From NCBI GenBank assembly GCA_048940645.1, contig JBHLOI010000013.1, forward strand, positions 1,602 to 65,601: a DNA stretch of 64,000 nt, written 5' to 3'. Below the pieces are notes generated by a model, which saw only the letters and a list, made by a program, of their open reading frames with translations, had not been told where the DNA came from and made no database searches. The position numbers and the translations under genes are program-made. This DNA is from Promethearchaeota archaeon (GTDB taxonomy: Archaea > Asgardarchaeota > Lokiarchaeia > Sigyniarchaeales > SOKP01). Below, one piece after another: positions 49,995 through 60,310 of the stretch. The stretch's first letter is position 1. Each line of letters starts with the position of its first letter.

Positions 49995-52883
49995 ATGTAT
50001 AATGCACAAGAAATTGAAAAGAAATGGCAGGATAAATGGGAAGAAGCTAAAATATTTGAAGCTAACCCTGATACTTCGAAAAGTAAGATTTTTTTCACCT
50101 CCCCGTACCCTTATGCTTCTGGAACTCTACATATAGGTCATGGAAGAAGTTTCGTGAATGGTGACATATTTGCACGGTATTATCGAGCTAAAGGATATAA
50201 TGTTTTATATCCGATGGCATTTCATATAACCGGAACTCCAGTTTTAGCAGTTTCCTCATCAATCAAGAGAAATGATATTAAAATTATCACCAGAATGAAA
50301 GAATATGTCTCTCTACACACAAAAAATAAAAAAGAAGTGGAAAAAATAGTAGAAAGTTTTAAAGATCCTTGGAACATCGTAAGTTATTTTTCGAATACAA
50401 TGAAAAAAGATTTTAAATCAATTGGAATGAGTATTGACTGGAGGAGAGAATTTACAACTGGAGATGAGTTGTATAATAAATTAATTGAATGGCAATACTA
50501 TAAATTTCTTGAGAAAGGTTATTTAGAAAAAGGAGATTACCCAATACTTTATTGTCCTCGATGTGAAAATGCAGTTGGGGAAGATGATATTGTTAGTGGT
50601 GATGAGCTTAATCTAGAGATTAATGAGTACGTTTATATAAAATTCCCTTTCAATGATTCATACCTAGTTCCAGCTACATTAAGACCAGAAACAATTTATG
50701 GTGTTACCAATATATGGCTCAACTCAAATGGAATCTATGTCTATGCTCGAGTGGATGGAGAAAAATGGATAATTTCAGAAGAAGCAGTCTCTCTTTTAAA
50801 AAATCAAAATAAATCCATAATTGTATTGGAAAAAGTTAGGGGGAGCGATTTAATAGGTAGAAAAGCTAAATCAGTTTATTTTAATAGAGATATCTTAATT
50901 CTTCCAGGGGAATTCGTAGATACTTCTGTTGCTACTGGTGTAGTATATTCTGTTCCCGCTCATGCTCCTTATGATTATATAGCATTAGAAGATTTGAAAA
51001 AGAATAAGTCAATGATAAAACAATTCAACCTTAATGAACAGGATATTAATAATATAAAACCTATTCAAATTATTGACTTAAAAGAAGTCCAAGATATTCC
51101 TGCTAAATTCTATTGTAATAAATACAATGTTTCGTCACAAAATGATATTGAAAAATTAGATAAGGCTACAGCGGACAATTATAAAACTGAGTTTTATACT
51201 GGAATCTTAAACGATAAGTGTAACAATTATGAAGGTATCCCAGTAAATAAGGCAGTAATTCAAGTAATTGAAAATCTTAGAAACATGGATAAAGCAGATA
51301 AGTTATATATACCAGTAACCAGAGATCTTCAATGTAGGTGTGGAGAAAAAATAACAATTACTATTTTGAAAGATCAATGGTTTCTTAATTTCAATGCTGG
51401 TAACTGGAAGCAAAATGCTTTTGATTGCTTGAATAAGATGACTATTGTACCTAAGAAATATCGATTAAATTTTGAGAATGTTTTTAATTGGTTAGAAAAA
51501 AGACCATGTGCACGAAAACGAGGATTGGGTACGAAATTACCCTTTGATGAGGATTGGATAATTGAATCCTTGAGTGATTCTACAATCTATATGAGCTTCT
51601 ATACCATCTCTCACCATTTAAAGCATAATAATATCAAACCTGATCAATTAATCCCTGAATTTTTTGATTTCATATATTTAAAGAAGGGAGATAGTCAACA
51701 CATTTCAAGGATAACAAAAATTAATGAGAAGCTATTGGAAAAAATGCAAGATGAATTTCACTACTGGTATCCAGTGGACCATAGACATACTGCTATAATG
51801 CATATTTCCAATCATTTAAGCTTTTATATATTCCATCATGTTGCGATATTTCCTAATCAATTGTGGCCCAGAATCATAACTCTAATTGAACCGGTAATCA
51901 TTGAAGGTCAAAAAATGGGTAAGTCAAAAGGAAATGTGATATCTTTAGCAGATATTCAAAATAAATATTCTGCAGATTTATTTAGGTTTTACATTTCACA
52001 TAGTGCCGATTTAGGAATTAATATGGACTGGAAAGAAAAGGAAATTCAAGCCGTTAAAACCCATATTAATAGATTTTATAATTTCTTTTCTGAAAATAGT
52101 CAAGAGATTCAAGATTTAGAACTTCAGTATAAAAATTTAAAATCGAAATATGCGAAGGTAATCATTTCAAAAATAATACAAAACTTTTTAGAAGTAGATA
52201 AAGCATTAAAACAGTATAATTTACGACGCTATCTCCAACTTTCATTTTATGAAACGTTCAATTTAATTCGAGATTTAAAGAAATTTGTCGAAAATAAAGA
52301 GGATTTCAAAATTGTCTTTAAATTGATCTATAAGGATTGGCTTAAGGTACTTTCCTTAACTATGCCCCATCTATGTGAAGAATTATGGGAAATATCTGGT
52401 AATAGGGGATTTATATCTTATTCAGTTTGGAGGGATTTAAATATAACTTACTTAAATGAAGAACTTGAAATTGAATTTAACTATATTTCCAATCTTATAG
52501 ATGATATATTAAGTATTAAAAAAATAATAAAATCTCAAGAATATAACGCAGTATATATATACACTGCCCCAAATTGGAAACAAGTTGTTTTAAATGTGGT
52601 CCTATCTAAGAAAGGAAATTATAATATAATTATTGATGAATTGAAACAAGAGACAGACCTTATGAAAAATCAAGATATTATTCACTTTATTAAACTTCAA
52701 ATTAAAGATCGTATTTGGGAAAAGATTCTTCCTCAACTCAGTGAGAATGAATTATTGAAACAATATTTGGGATACATTGAAAAGAAAGTAGATACGAAGG
52801 TTATTTTAAATTCAGAATATGACCCTAAGCAAAAATCAAATAAAGCAATACCTTTTAAACCCGCTATTTTCATTGATATTTAA
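49995..52883 (+). CDS. leuS: Leucine--tRNA ligase, archaeal/eukaryotic type
   Basis: PYPYASGTLHIGH, PMAFHITGTP, ATLRPET, TGVVYSVPAHAPYD, IESLSDSTIY, KMGKSKGN. Confidence 0.96.
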   Translation: MYNAQEIEKKWQDKWEEAKIFEANPDTSKSKIFFTSPYPYASGTLHIGHGRSFVNGDIFARYYRAKGYNVLYPMAFHITGTPVLAVSSSIKRNDIKIITRMKEYVSLHTKNKKEVEKIVESFKDPWNIVSYFSNTMKKDFKSIGMSIDWRREFTTGDELYNKLIEWQYYKFLEKGYLEKGDYPILYCPRCENAVGEDDIVSGDELNLEINEYVYIKFPFNDSYLVPATLRPETIYGVTNIWLNSNGIYVYARVDGEKWIISEEAVSLLKNQNKSIIVLEKVRGSDLIGRKAKSVYFNRDILILPGEFVDTSVATGVVYSVPAHAPYDYIALEDLKKNKSMIKQFNLNEQDINNIKPIQIIDLKEVQDIPAKFYCNKYNVSSQNDIEKLDKATADNYKTEFYTGILNDKCNNYEGIPVNKAVIQVIENLRNMDKADKLYIPVTRDLQCRCGEKITITILKDQWFLNFNAGNWKQNAFDCLNKMTIVPKKYRLNFENVFNWLEKRPCARKRGLGTKLPFDEDWIIESLSDSTIYMSFYTISHHLKHNNIKPDQLIPEFFDFIYLKKGDSQHISRITKINEKLLEKMQDEFHYWYPVDHRHTAIMHISNHLSFYIFHHVAIFPNQLWPRIITLIEPVIIEGQKMGKSKGNVISLADIQNKYSADLFRFYISHSADLGINMDWKEKEIQAVKTHINRFYNFFSENSQEIQDLELQYKNLKSKYAKVIISKIIQNFLEVDKALKQYNLRRYLQLSFYETFNLIRDLKKFVENKEDFKIVFKLIYKDWLKVLSLTMPHLCEELWEISGNRGFISYSVWRDLNITYLNEELEIEFNYISNLIDDILSIKKIIKSQEYNAVYIYTAPNWKQVVLNVVLSKKGNYNIIIDELKQETDLMKNQDIIHFIKLQIKDRIWEKILPQLSENELLKQYLGYIEKKVDTKVILNSEYDPKQKSNKAIPFKPAIFIDI

Positions 52884-52988
52884 TTATACAAAGAATTTTT
52901 AATTTTTTACTTTATTATAATCATAGCTAAGATATTACAGTTAATGAATAAATCCACCTTGTAATTTATACTGTTAAATCCAATCTTT

Positions 52989-53891
52989 CTATCCTATACC
53001 ATAAATTTGTTTAGGTCCAAGATATTCTGGAAATTGATCTAATAAAGCTTTGCGTGTGAGATAACAAAAATGACACTCATCAACATAATTATCTTCATGG
53101 TCAATATTATAAATTTTTGCTAATTGAGCAGGACCACCCTTTATTAGAGGACCACAAATAGGGTGAGCTTTTGGGTTATAATTTTTAATTAAAGTAGAAA
53201 GAGGTGTTTTCCAGAAATTACCTATACTTAAACCTTGACATATATGTGCATTTCCAAAGGGATCTACATGAATTCTTCCAAGTCCTTCTAGATCTTCATA
53301 TGGACATTCTCCCATCTCTTCCCAAGGTCTTAGTGGTAATCCTTCGGTTAAAGTTTCAACTGCTCTCCCTCGAAACATGGCACCTCCTCTAATTACAGGT
53401 TTTCCTTTATCTTTGTTTTTGCCCATTTCAAATTCAGCTTCAGGCTTATCTATGGTAATCGAAGATAATGGTAAATTTAATTCTTCAGCAGCGATCCTAG
53501 CATATTTTGATAAATTTTCCGTTATTTCTTCAAAATGAAAAAGATCATCACTTATACTGAAATCTGAGATTTCTAATTTAGAAATTGGCTTAAGCCAGAG
53601 CTCAGCGTCTTCCTTACAAGTAGCCCAGTATGAATTTGTGACTAATCCAACTTTAAAGCCTCTTTCATTCGCCAATTTAGCTCCTTCTAGCATTAATGGA
53701 TAATAAAGGAAAGGTTCTCCGCCCTCAAAATATATAGATGAAACCGTACCTATTTTCGTTGCTTCATTTAAAACTTTTCTAATTTGAGCGATAGTAAATG
53801 TACCTTCAGATTTAGGACTGCAATATAAAAAACAGTGATCACATTCATAATTACAGGCATAAGTTAAAAGAAAATGGATTCCCTCTAGCAT
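52989..53891 (-). CDS. Radical SAM protein
   Basis: CNYECDHC, EGGEPFL, VTNSYWA, C-terminal Cys (ECP, HICQG, ECHFC). Confidence 0.9.
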   Translation of the reverse strand: MLEGIHFLLTYACNYECDHCFLYCSPKSEGTFTIAQIRKVLNEATKIGTVSSIYFEGGEPFLYYPLMLEGAKLANERGFKVGLVTNSYWATCKEDAELWLKPISKLEISDFSISDDLFHFEEITENLSKYARIAAEELNLPLSSITIDKPEAEFEMGKNKDKGKPVIRGGAMFRGRAVETLTEGLPLRPWEEMGECPYEDLEGLGRIHVDPFGNAHICQGLSIGNFWKTPLSTLIKNYNPKAHPICGPLIKGGPAQLAKIYNIDHEDNYVDECHFCYLTRKALLDQFPEYLGPKQIYGIG

Positions 53892-54067
53892 AATAATCTA
53901 TCTTTAACGATTCTATTATTTTAAAGTAATTTGAGAGGGTATTTATTTTTTTTACTCTTGAAAGAATTTCAAAATTTTGAGTGTTTATTCAATTTACACC
54001 TCCTTAAAGAAAATTAATTAATAAAAATTCATTAAATTCTATAAAAACTCATTTAAAGTGAATAATT

Positions 54068-55414
54068 ATGACAGAACCAGTAAATATGTATGAAAAATAT
54101 TTTAAGGACCCCAAAAGAGAACCAGTGTTAATTGATTATGTGAGAACGCCAATAGGAAAGAGAAGAGGAACTGTTGGGCTGCACAGAGGAGATGATTTAG
54201 TAGTGCATTGTTATAATACTATTATTGAAAGGAATGATTTTGATCCACAGTTAATTGGTGATTCTATTGTTTCCTGTAATAGTCAAATTGGCGATTGTGC
54301 TTTAGATATTGGAAGAATTGTGGCTTTAGCAGCACATTTACCAATTACTGTGCCAGGGATGTCCATTAATCGACAATGTGCTAGTGGTGCTCAATCTGTA
54401 ATGTCTGCTTGGCAAGCTATTGCTTCTGGAATACATGATTGCGTTATTTGTGGAGGTGTTGAAGTACAAAATCGATACCCAATTATGGCTGATGCGTATA
54501 TTTTTGATGAAGAGCAAAACAAACAGGTTATGATTGCTCCAAATGGTAAAATTCTAACACATCCTTATGTAGCTGATAAATTAAAAGAACATAAAACATC
54601 TTTTGCCGGACAAATTAACTCTGCTCATGTAATGGGTCAGCATTGGATGAAGAAGGCAGAAATAAGCTTGGAAGAATTTAGAAATGAGATGGATTCTCTA
54701 TCTTTAATTTCTCATCAGAAAGCTTGCTCAACTTGGGAGGAAAGAGGAAAAGAAATAGAACCTATTTGGTGTCCAAAGCTTGATGAAGATGGAAAACCTA
54801 TGTTAGACGAAAAAAATCAGGTAGCCAAGGACTCAAGTCTATCAGTGTTAACAGAGAGAGATGAGACTCCTAGACCTCAGACATCAATTGAGAAATTAAA
54901 AAGTTTAAGAACTATCACGGGAAGGAAAAGTCAAGCTTTCTTAACTGCGGGAAATAGTTGTCCTACGAGTGATGGTGCAGCAGCTCAACTATGGATGACA
55001 AGAAGCTTAGCAGAAGAATTGGGTTTAAAACCAAGAGCAACAATAGTAAATTTTGCGGTGGTTGGCACAGATCCTGTTTTGATGCTTACAGGACCCATAG
55101 AAGCGATTCCAGATGCTTTAAAGAGAGCACATATGAATATTGATGATATGGATTATATAGAAATCAATGAAGCTTTTAGCCCAGTTGTATATGCTTCTTG
55201 CTATGAATTAGGTTTAGATTGGAAGGATCCACGCTTTAATGTATGGGGTGGTGCAATTGCTCTAGGACATCCTACAGGAGCAACAGGTTGTAGATTAATC
55301 GGAACAAACCTTCATCAACTAGAATTGTCAGGGAAAGAATATGCTATTAGTAGTATGTGTGTAGGTTTAGGCATGGGAGCTGCTACAATTATAAGAAACG
55401 AACATCCAAAGTAG
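54068..55414 (+). CDS. Thiolase (acetyl-CoA C-acyltransferase)
   Basis: VRTPIG, INRQCASG, TAGNS, EINEAF, GGAIALGHPTGATG, MCVGLGMG. Confidence 0.93.
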   Translation: MTEPVNMYEKYFKDPKREPVLIDYVRTPIGKRRGTVGLHRGDDLVVHCYNTIIERNDFDPQLIGDSIVSCNSQIGDCALDIGRIVALAAHLPITVPGMSINRQCASGAQSVMSAWQAIASGIHDCVICGGVEVQNRYPIMADAYIFDEEQNKQVMIAPNGKILTHPYVADKLKEHKTSFAGQINSAHVMGQHWMKKAEISLEEFRNEMDSLSLISHQKACSTWEERGKEIEPIWCPKLDEDGKPMLDEKNQVAKDSSLSVLTERDETPRPQTSIEKLKSLRTITGRKSQAFLTAGNSCPTSDGAAAQLWMTRSLAEELGLKPRATIVNFAVVGTDPVLMLTGPIEAIPDALKRAHMNIDDMDYIEINEAFSPVVYASCYELGLDWKDPRFNVWGGAIALGHPTGATGCRLIGTNLHQLELSGKEYAISSMCVGLGMGAATIIRNEHPK

Positions 55415-55490
55415 TATTCTTTGGAAAATTTTTTCCTCATCACATTTCTATAATACTTATTATTATTTTTTTACATATTATTAATTTAAT

Positions 55491-56594
55491 TTATTTTCTT
55501 ATTGCCCAAAACTTTGTTCCCCCTTCTTTTATAAATTCCGCTTTTGTAAACGGAGTTGAATTTATAAACGATTTGAATGTTTTTTCGTTGTAAAAACGTG
55601 CCGAGCCTGCTTCAGAAAACTTATGTGTAATATCAAACAGTTTAAATGGTTCCCTAGGAGCAAAAGTATCGGGAATCATACTTTCTCCTACAAGTAGGAT
55701 TCCATTATCACGTAATAATAAATGTAAATCCTTAAAAAGTTGTCTTCTATAATTTTCATCTGGATTCATCTCATGGAGAACTTGATTTAATATAATTAAA
55801 TCAAACTTATCTTTAGTAATTTGAACATATTCATTCGCAGATTTATTAAGAATTTTAATCCTCTCATTCCACTTATTTTGATCTACTAATTTTTGTGCAA
55901 ATTCTATTCCTTTTGGTTCAATATCTATTCCTACAAATCGAGCTTTTTCATATTTTTTAGCCCATGTTTCAATATTAAATCCATAACCACATCCTACTTC
56001 AAGAATACTGCCATGCTTATGCAAGTTATTACAAAAATCTGTAAAAGATTTAGAGAATAATTTTTCAATTAGTTTTCCAAATCTTCTGCTCCTTTCTTGT
56101 AAATCTTTCACAACATCACCAGGCAATTTAAGGAGATCCATTGCTTTACCGGTTTTAAAGTTTTTCAACATAATTTCCTGAGCTTGAGCAATATTATAAA
56201 ATGCTCCAAGTGTTCCCCCTATATAAGAATCATGGCTATAATCTATTAGTAATTCATATACAAAAGGAGCAGTTTTTAAAGTTTTATTGTTTAAATCGTC
56301 TATTTCAAATAAACCACATTCAAGTGCCAAATGGAGCCAAGCATCTAGGTAATTGACATCAAGACTTAATTTTTTAGCAAGCTCATTAGGAGTAAATTTA
56401 ACTAGACTATATTTATTCCCATCTGACATTGATCTGTTTTTTTCATAAAGATAATCAAAAATCCCTAATTTCCTACCCATTCCAATTAAAATAATAGTAT
56501 TAAACCCATAAAGACTATTTATAGCAAGTTTTTTGATTTGGTCTTTTATTGAAACATCTGCTCCATCTTGATTATTTCTTGAAATTCTCTCCAC
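55491..56594 (-). CDS. Class I SAM-dependent methyltransferase with N-terminal winged helix
   Basis: GRKLGIFDYL...ELAKKL...YLDAWL, ILEVGCGYG, GIDIE, FDLI...VLHEM. Confidence 0.87.
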   Translation of the reverse strand: MERISRNNQDGADVSIKDQIKKLAINSLYGFNTIILIGMGRKLGIFDYLYEKNRSMSDGNKYSLVKFTPNELAKKLSLDVNYLDAWLHLALECGLFEIDDLNNKTLKTAPFVYELLIDYSHDSYIGGTLGAFYNIAQAQEIMLKNFKTGKAMDLLKLPGDVVKDLQERSRRFGKLIEKLFSKSFTDFCNNLHKHGSILEVGCGYGFNIETWAKKYEKARFVGIDIEPKGIEFAQKLVDQNKWNERIKILNKSANEYVQITKDKFDLIILNQVLHEMNPDENYRRQLFKDLHLLLRDNGILLVGESMIPDTFAPREPFKLFDITHKFSEAGSARFYNEKTFKSFINSTPFTKAEFIKEGGTKFWAIRK

Positions 56595-56765
56595 CTTTTA
56601 TTTAACTGGTCTTTAATTTTTTATACTTTCTTTTTAAGGTACTTGAAATTTGATAGCTATTTAATTTTATTCGAATAATAAAACTTAAGAATTATTCGAT
56701 TTTACTAAAATTTTAGTATTTTATATCCTTAAAAGAATTAAAATTTCATTAAAAAGGTAAAAATA

Positions 56766-57950
56766 ATGAGTTTAAAATTTACTGAAGAACAAGATATGAT
56801 TAGAGAATCAGTCCGAGAATTTGCTCAGAGTAAAATTGCCCCAATTGCACTTCAAATGGAAGAAACTAAGGAAATACCGAGAGATGTCGTCAAGGGAATG
56901 GCAGAATTAGGACTTATGACATGTACGGCAGACGAAAAGTATGGTGGTCCAGGATTAGATGCTGTAAGTGCTGGTGTTATTGCAGAAGAGCTAGCGAAGG
57001 CTGATTGTACAGGTTCTACCTGTGTATATTACTTGGTTCCAGCATCATGGGGCTTTCTTTTAAACAAATATGGTACTGAAGAAGCTAAACAAGAAATATT
57101 CCCAAAAACTCTTTCGGGAGAATGGTTTCTTGGTATTGCTACAACTGAAAGTGATGCAGGTTCTGATGTAGGTGCAACTAAGACAACAATAAAACCAGAT
57201 AGTGATGGATTTGTTGTAAACGGTGAAAAAATGTATATTAGTGGAGTACGAGAAGCTGCAACTTATGGTGGTGGTCATGTCACAATTGCTCATCAAACTC
57301 CAGAACTTGGAACGAGAGGAATGACAGTGTTCTATTTACCTTTAACAGCTGAAGGGATTACTCCCACATACGTCAATGATTTAGGGCGAGAAGGAATTTC
57401 ATGTGGAGGTTTTTCAATAGATAATGTTAAGATACCTAAACACTATATAATTGGTGAAGAAAACAAAGGTTTCTATATTTTACATGAAGGCTACGAATAT
57501 GCAAGAGCATTAATTACAGTAATCTGTGCTTCCGCTGGCTTAAAGTCGTTAGAAAATGGATCCAATTATATTAAGGAAAGAAAATCATTTGGAAAACCTT
57601 TAGCACAATATCAAGGAATTAATTTCAAATTAGCAGAGCATTATACCAAGTTAAATATGTTAAGAGATTGGGGTTATAAAGCATTAAGGACTATTGACTT
57701 AGAACAGCAAGGGAAAGCAAGCAGATTTGAAACTAGTAGAATTGTTGCCATGGGTAAAATGTTTTGTTCTGAATGGGCTTGTGATGCAATCAATTCGGTG
57801 ATGCAATTTCAGGGGGCTTTTGGATATTCGCGAGAATGCCCTGACCAAGCTGCGTGGAGAGCAGTCAGATCATTTTCCCTCGCTGAAGGCAGTTCTGAAG
57901 TTATGAAGATGATTGTGGCAAGAGAGCTACTTGGTAAGAAACAATATTAA
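56766..57950 (+). CDS. Acyl-CoA dehydrogenase
   Basis: FTEEQDMIRESVREFA, TESDAGSD, NGEKMYIS, RKSFGKPL, QFQGAFGY, EGSSEV. Confidence 0.93.
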   Translation: MSLKFTEEQDMIRESVREFAQSKIAPIALQMEETKEIPRDVVKGMAELGLMTCTADEKYGGPGLDAVSAGVIAEELAKADCTGSTCVYYLVPASWGFLLNKYGTEEAKQEIFPKTLSGEWFLGIATTESDAGSDVGATKTTIKPDSDGFVVNGEKMYISGVREAATYGGGHVTIAHQTPELGTRGMTVFYLPLTAEGITPTYVNDLGREGISCGGFSIDNVKIPKHYIIGEENKGFYILHEGYEYARALITVICASAGLKSLENGSNYIKERKSFGKPLAQYQGINFKLAEHYTKLNMLRDWGYKALRTIDLEQQGKASRFETSRIVAMGKMFCSEWACDAINSVMQFQGAFGYSRECPDQAAWRAVRSFSLAEGSSEVMKMIVARELLGKKQY

Positions 57951-58039
57951 TTAACTTTTTTTTATATTTTTAATATCTTTATTTAAATCTTAAAAGATAG
58001 AGATTAGATTTAGAATATTAATTTAGTTTTGATAAAATT

Positions 58040-58828
58040 ATGAGATTTGTAGTATGTGTAAAACAAGTTCCTGATACTACTGAAGTTAAAATTGACCCTG
58101 AAACTAATACTTTAATTCGAGAGGGTGTCCCTAGTATCCTGAATCCTTTCGATCAGTTTGCACTTGAGGAAGCTATTAAAATCAGACAAGAAGGTGATGA
58201 AATTATTGTCATTTCTATGGGACCACCACAAGCTAAAAAAGCCCTAATGAAGTGTCTTGCTTTGGGAGCTGATAAAGCAATCTTACTAAGTGATAAAGCT
58301 TTTGCAGGTGCTGATACTTGGGCAACATCTTATACTCTTACTCAGTGTATCAGAAAAATAGGTAACTCTGATATTATTTTTTGTGGTTTACAAGCCATTG
58401 ATGGAGATACTGCTCAAGTAGGACCTGAAATTGCTGCGCAATTAGGTATCCCTCAAATTACTTATGTTGAGAGTATTGAAAAATTAGAAGGAAAAAAACT
58501 CGATGCAAAAGTACAAACAGATGATGGTTATAAAATTGTGGAAACCAAACTTCCAGTACTTATAACAGGAATAACGCCATCTTCATTTGAACCAACTAAT
58601 CCACCCATGATGAGTATAATGAAAGCAAATAAGAAACCTTTTTCTACGTGGACTCTTGAGGATCTAGGGGGCAGTAGCGATAATTATGGATTGAATGGTT
58701 CTTTGACCGAAGTTATAAAAGTATATTCACCTCCAGCAAGACAACAAGGGATTGTTATTGAAGAGGAAAAATCTGAAGATGCAGTTCAAAAATTAATTGA
58801 ATTATTATCAAAAGATAAGGTGATCTAA
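58040..58828 (+). CDS. etfB: Electron transfer flavoprotein beta subunit
   Basis: VCVKQVPD, NPFDQFALEEA, FAGADTWAT, AIDGDTAQVGP. Confidence 0.95.
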   Translation: MRFVVCVKQVPDTTEVKIDPETNTLIREGVPSILNPFDQFALEEAIKIRQEGDEIIVISMGPPQAKKALMKCLALGADKAILLSDKAFAGADTWATSYTLTQCIRKIGNSDIIFCGLQAIDGDTAQVGPEIAAQLGIPQITYVESIEKLEGKKLDAKVQTDDGYKIVETKLPVLITGITPSSFEPTNPPMMSIMKANKKPFSTWTLEDLGGSSDNYGLNGSLTEVIKVYSPPARQQGIVIEEEKSEDAVQKLIELLSKDKVI

Positions 58829-58830
58829 TT

Positions 58831-60024
58831 TTGATAACAGTAGATAAGGAAAAATGTACTGGTTGCGGGTTATGTGAAAAAGTTTGTCCATTCGGTGCAA
58901 TAAATATAGTGGAAAAAGTTGCAATAATAGGAGATGAATGTACTCTTTGTGGTGCTTGTGTTGATCAATGTAATTTAAAAGCTATATCTATCCAACGAAA
59001 AAAGCTTAAAGATATTGACTTATCCCAATATCAAGATGTGTGGATAGTTGCTGAAATAAAAGATGAAAGAGTAAGAAACGTATCATTTGAATTACTAGGT
59101 AAAGCGATAGAACTTGCGGATGAGTTAAAGCAAAATGCATGTGTTTTACTTATAGGAAATAATGTAAAAAGATTCATTCAAAACTTTGCCAATTGTGGTG
59201 CTAAAAAAATTTATATTGCTGAAAATGAAGATCTTAAAGACTATCATACTGAAACGTATTCTTCAGTGATTACGGGAATAATCTCAAAATATAAGCCTAA
59301 CATAGTATTATACCCCGCAACTATAAATGGAAGGGATCTGGCTCCAAGAATAGCTGCCACTCTTAAGTTAGGTCTAACGGCAGATTGCACTGGATTGTCT
59401 ATAAAGGATGGATTACTACTGCAAACAAGACCAGCTTTTGGCGGAAATATAATGGCTGATATTATTTGTCCTACAACTCGACCACAAATGGCAACCGTTA
59501 GGCCTAATGTTATGGAAATGGCACCAATCCAAGATAAGGTTAATGCAGAAATCATTGAAATACCTGTAAAAGTAGATCTCCCAGGATTGAAGGTAAAAAC
59601 TAAAGAACTAATCAGGGGAACCGCTTCAGAATGTGGAATTCCAGTTTGTGAAGCAGATACAATTGTATCTGGAGGGAGGGGAGTTGGTAGTAAGGAAAAT
59701 TTTAATATAATTGAGAATCTAGCCAGGGTTCTAAATGCTGCTGTAGGAGCTAGTAGAGCAGCAGTTGATTTGGGGTGGATTTCAAAATCACAACAAGTAG
59801 GGCAAAGTGGAAGTACAGTTTCTCCTAAAATTTATATCGCTTGTGGGATATCAGGAACAATACAGCATTTAGTTGGCATGAAGAGCAGCGATATAATAAT
59901 TGCTATAAATAAAGATCCTGAAGCGCCAATATTTAATGTAGCAAATTATGGAATTGTAGGTGATTTATGTGAAGTCGTGCCTTTATTAACCGAAGCATTA
60001 AAGAAAAAATTAAATCAAAATTAA
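58831..60024 (+). CDS. etfA: Electron transfer flavoprotein alpha subunit with N-terminal 2x[4Fe-4S] domain
   Basis: CTGCGLCEKVCP and CTLCGACVDQC, then GLTADCT, TRPAFGGN, SGGRG, QVGQSG, GISGTIQH. Confidence 0.95.
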   Translation: MITVDKEKCTGCGLCEKVCPFGAINIVEKVAIIGDECTLCGACVDQCNLKAISIQRKKLKDIDLSQYQDVWIVAEIKDERVRNVSFELLGKAIELADELKQNACVLLIGNNVKRFIQNFANCGAKKIYIAENEDLKDYHTETYSSVITGIISKYKPNIVLYPATINGRDLAPRIAATLKLGLTADCTGLSIKDGLLLQTRPAFGGNIMADIICPTTRPQMATVRPNVMEMAPIQDKVNAEIIEIPVKVDLPGLKVKTKELIRGTASECGIPVCEADTIVSGGRGVGSKENFNIIENLARVLNAAVGASRAAVDLGWISKSQQVGQSGSTVSPKIYIACGISGTIQHLVGMKSSDIIIAINKDPEAPIFNVANYGIVGDLCEVVPLLTEALKKKLNQN

Positions 60025-60087
60025 TGGAAATCATATTCATTCCATATTAGGCATAATCCATATAAAAAAAAATTTGATTATTAAGTT

Positions 60088-60213
60088 TTAATTATGTCTT
60101 TTTTTAATTATAAAAGCAATAATCGTTGTGATACTTATTATTAAGAATATTATGTTGTATCCCGGAATAATTGATTCTTCAGGCGGTCCAATATAAGAGA
60201 TAGCAGAGATCAT
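60088..60213 (-). other. Orphan Loki-CTERM-like sorting/anchor segment (mini-protein or gene remnant)
   Basis: MISAISYIGPPEESIIPGYNIIFLIISITTIIAFIIKKRHN: IPGY motif, TM helix, basic tail. Confidence 0.5.
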
Positions 60214-60310
60214 TGAAAACGGAGAAAAGATGATAAAAATGTAAAAAAAGATTAAAATTAAGAAACTATCTATATTAAATTTAACATTATGTGTATTAAA
60301 ATTAATTTGT

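Noticed and set aside
49742-50098. 118-aa minus-strand ORF across the leuS leader
   Set aside because: Overlaps leuS antisense and has no recognisable motif; the plus-strand uORF explains the region better.
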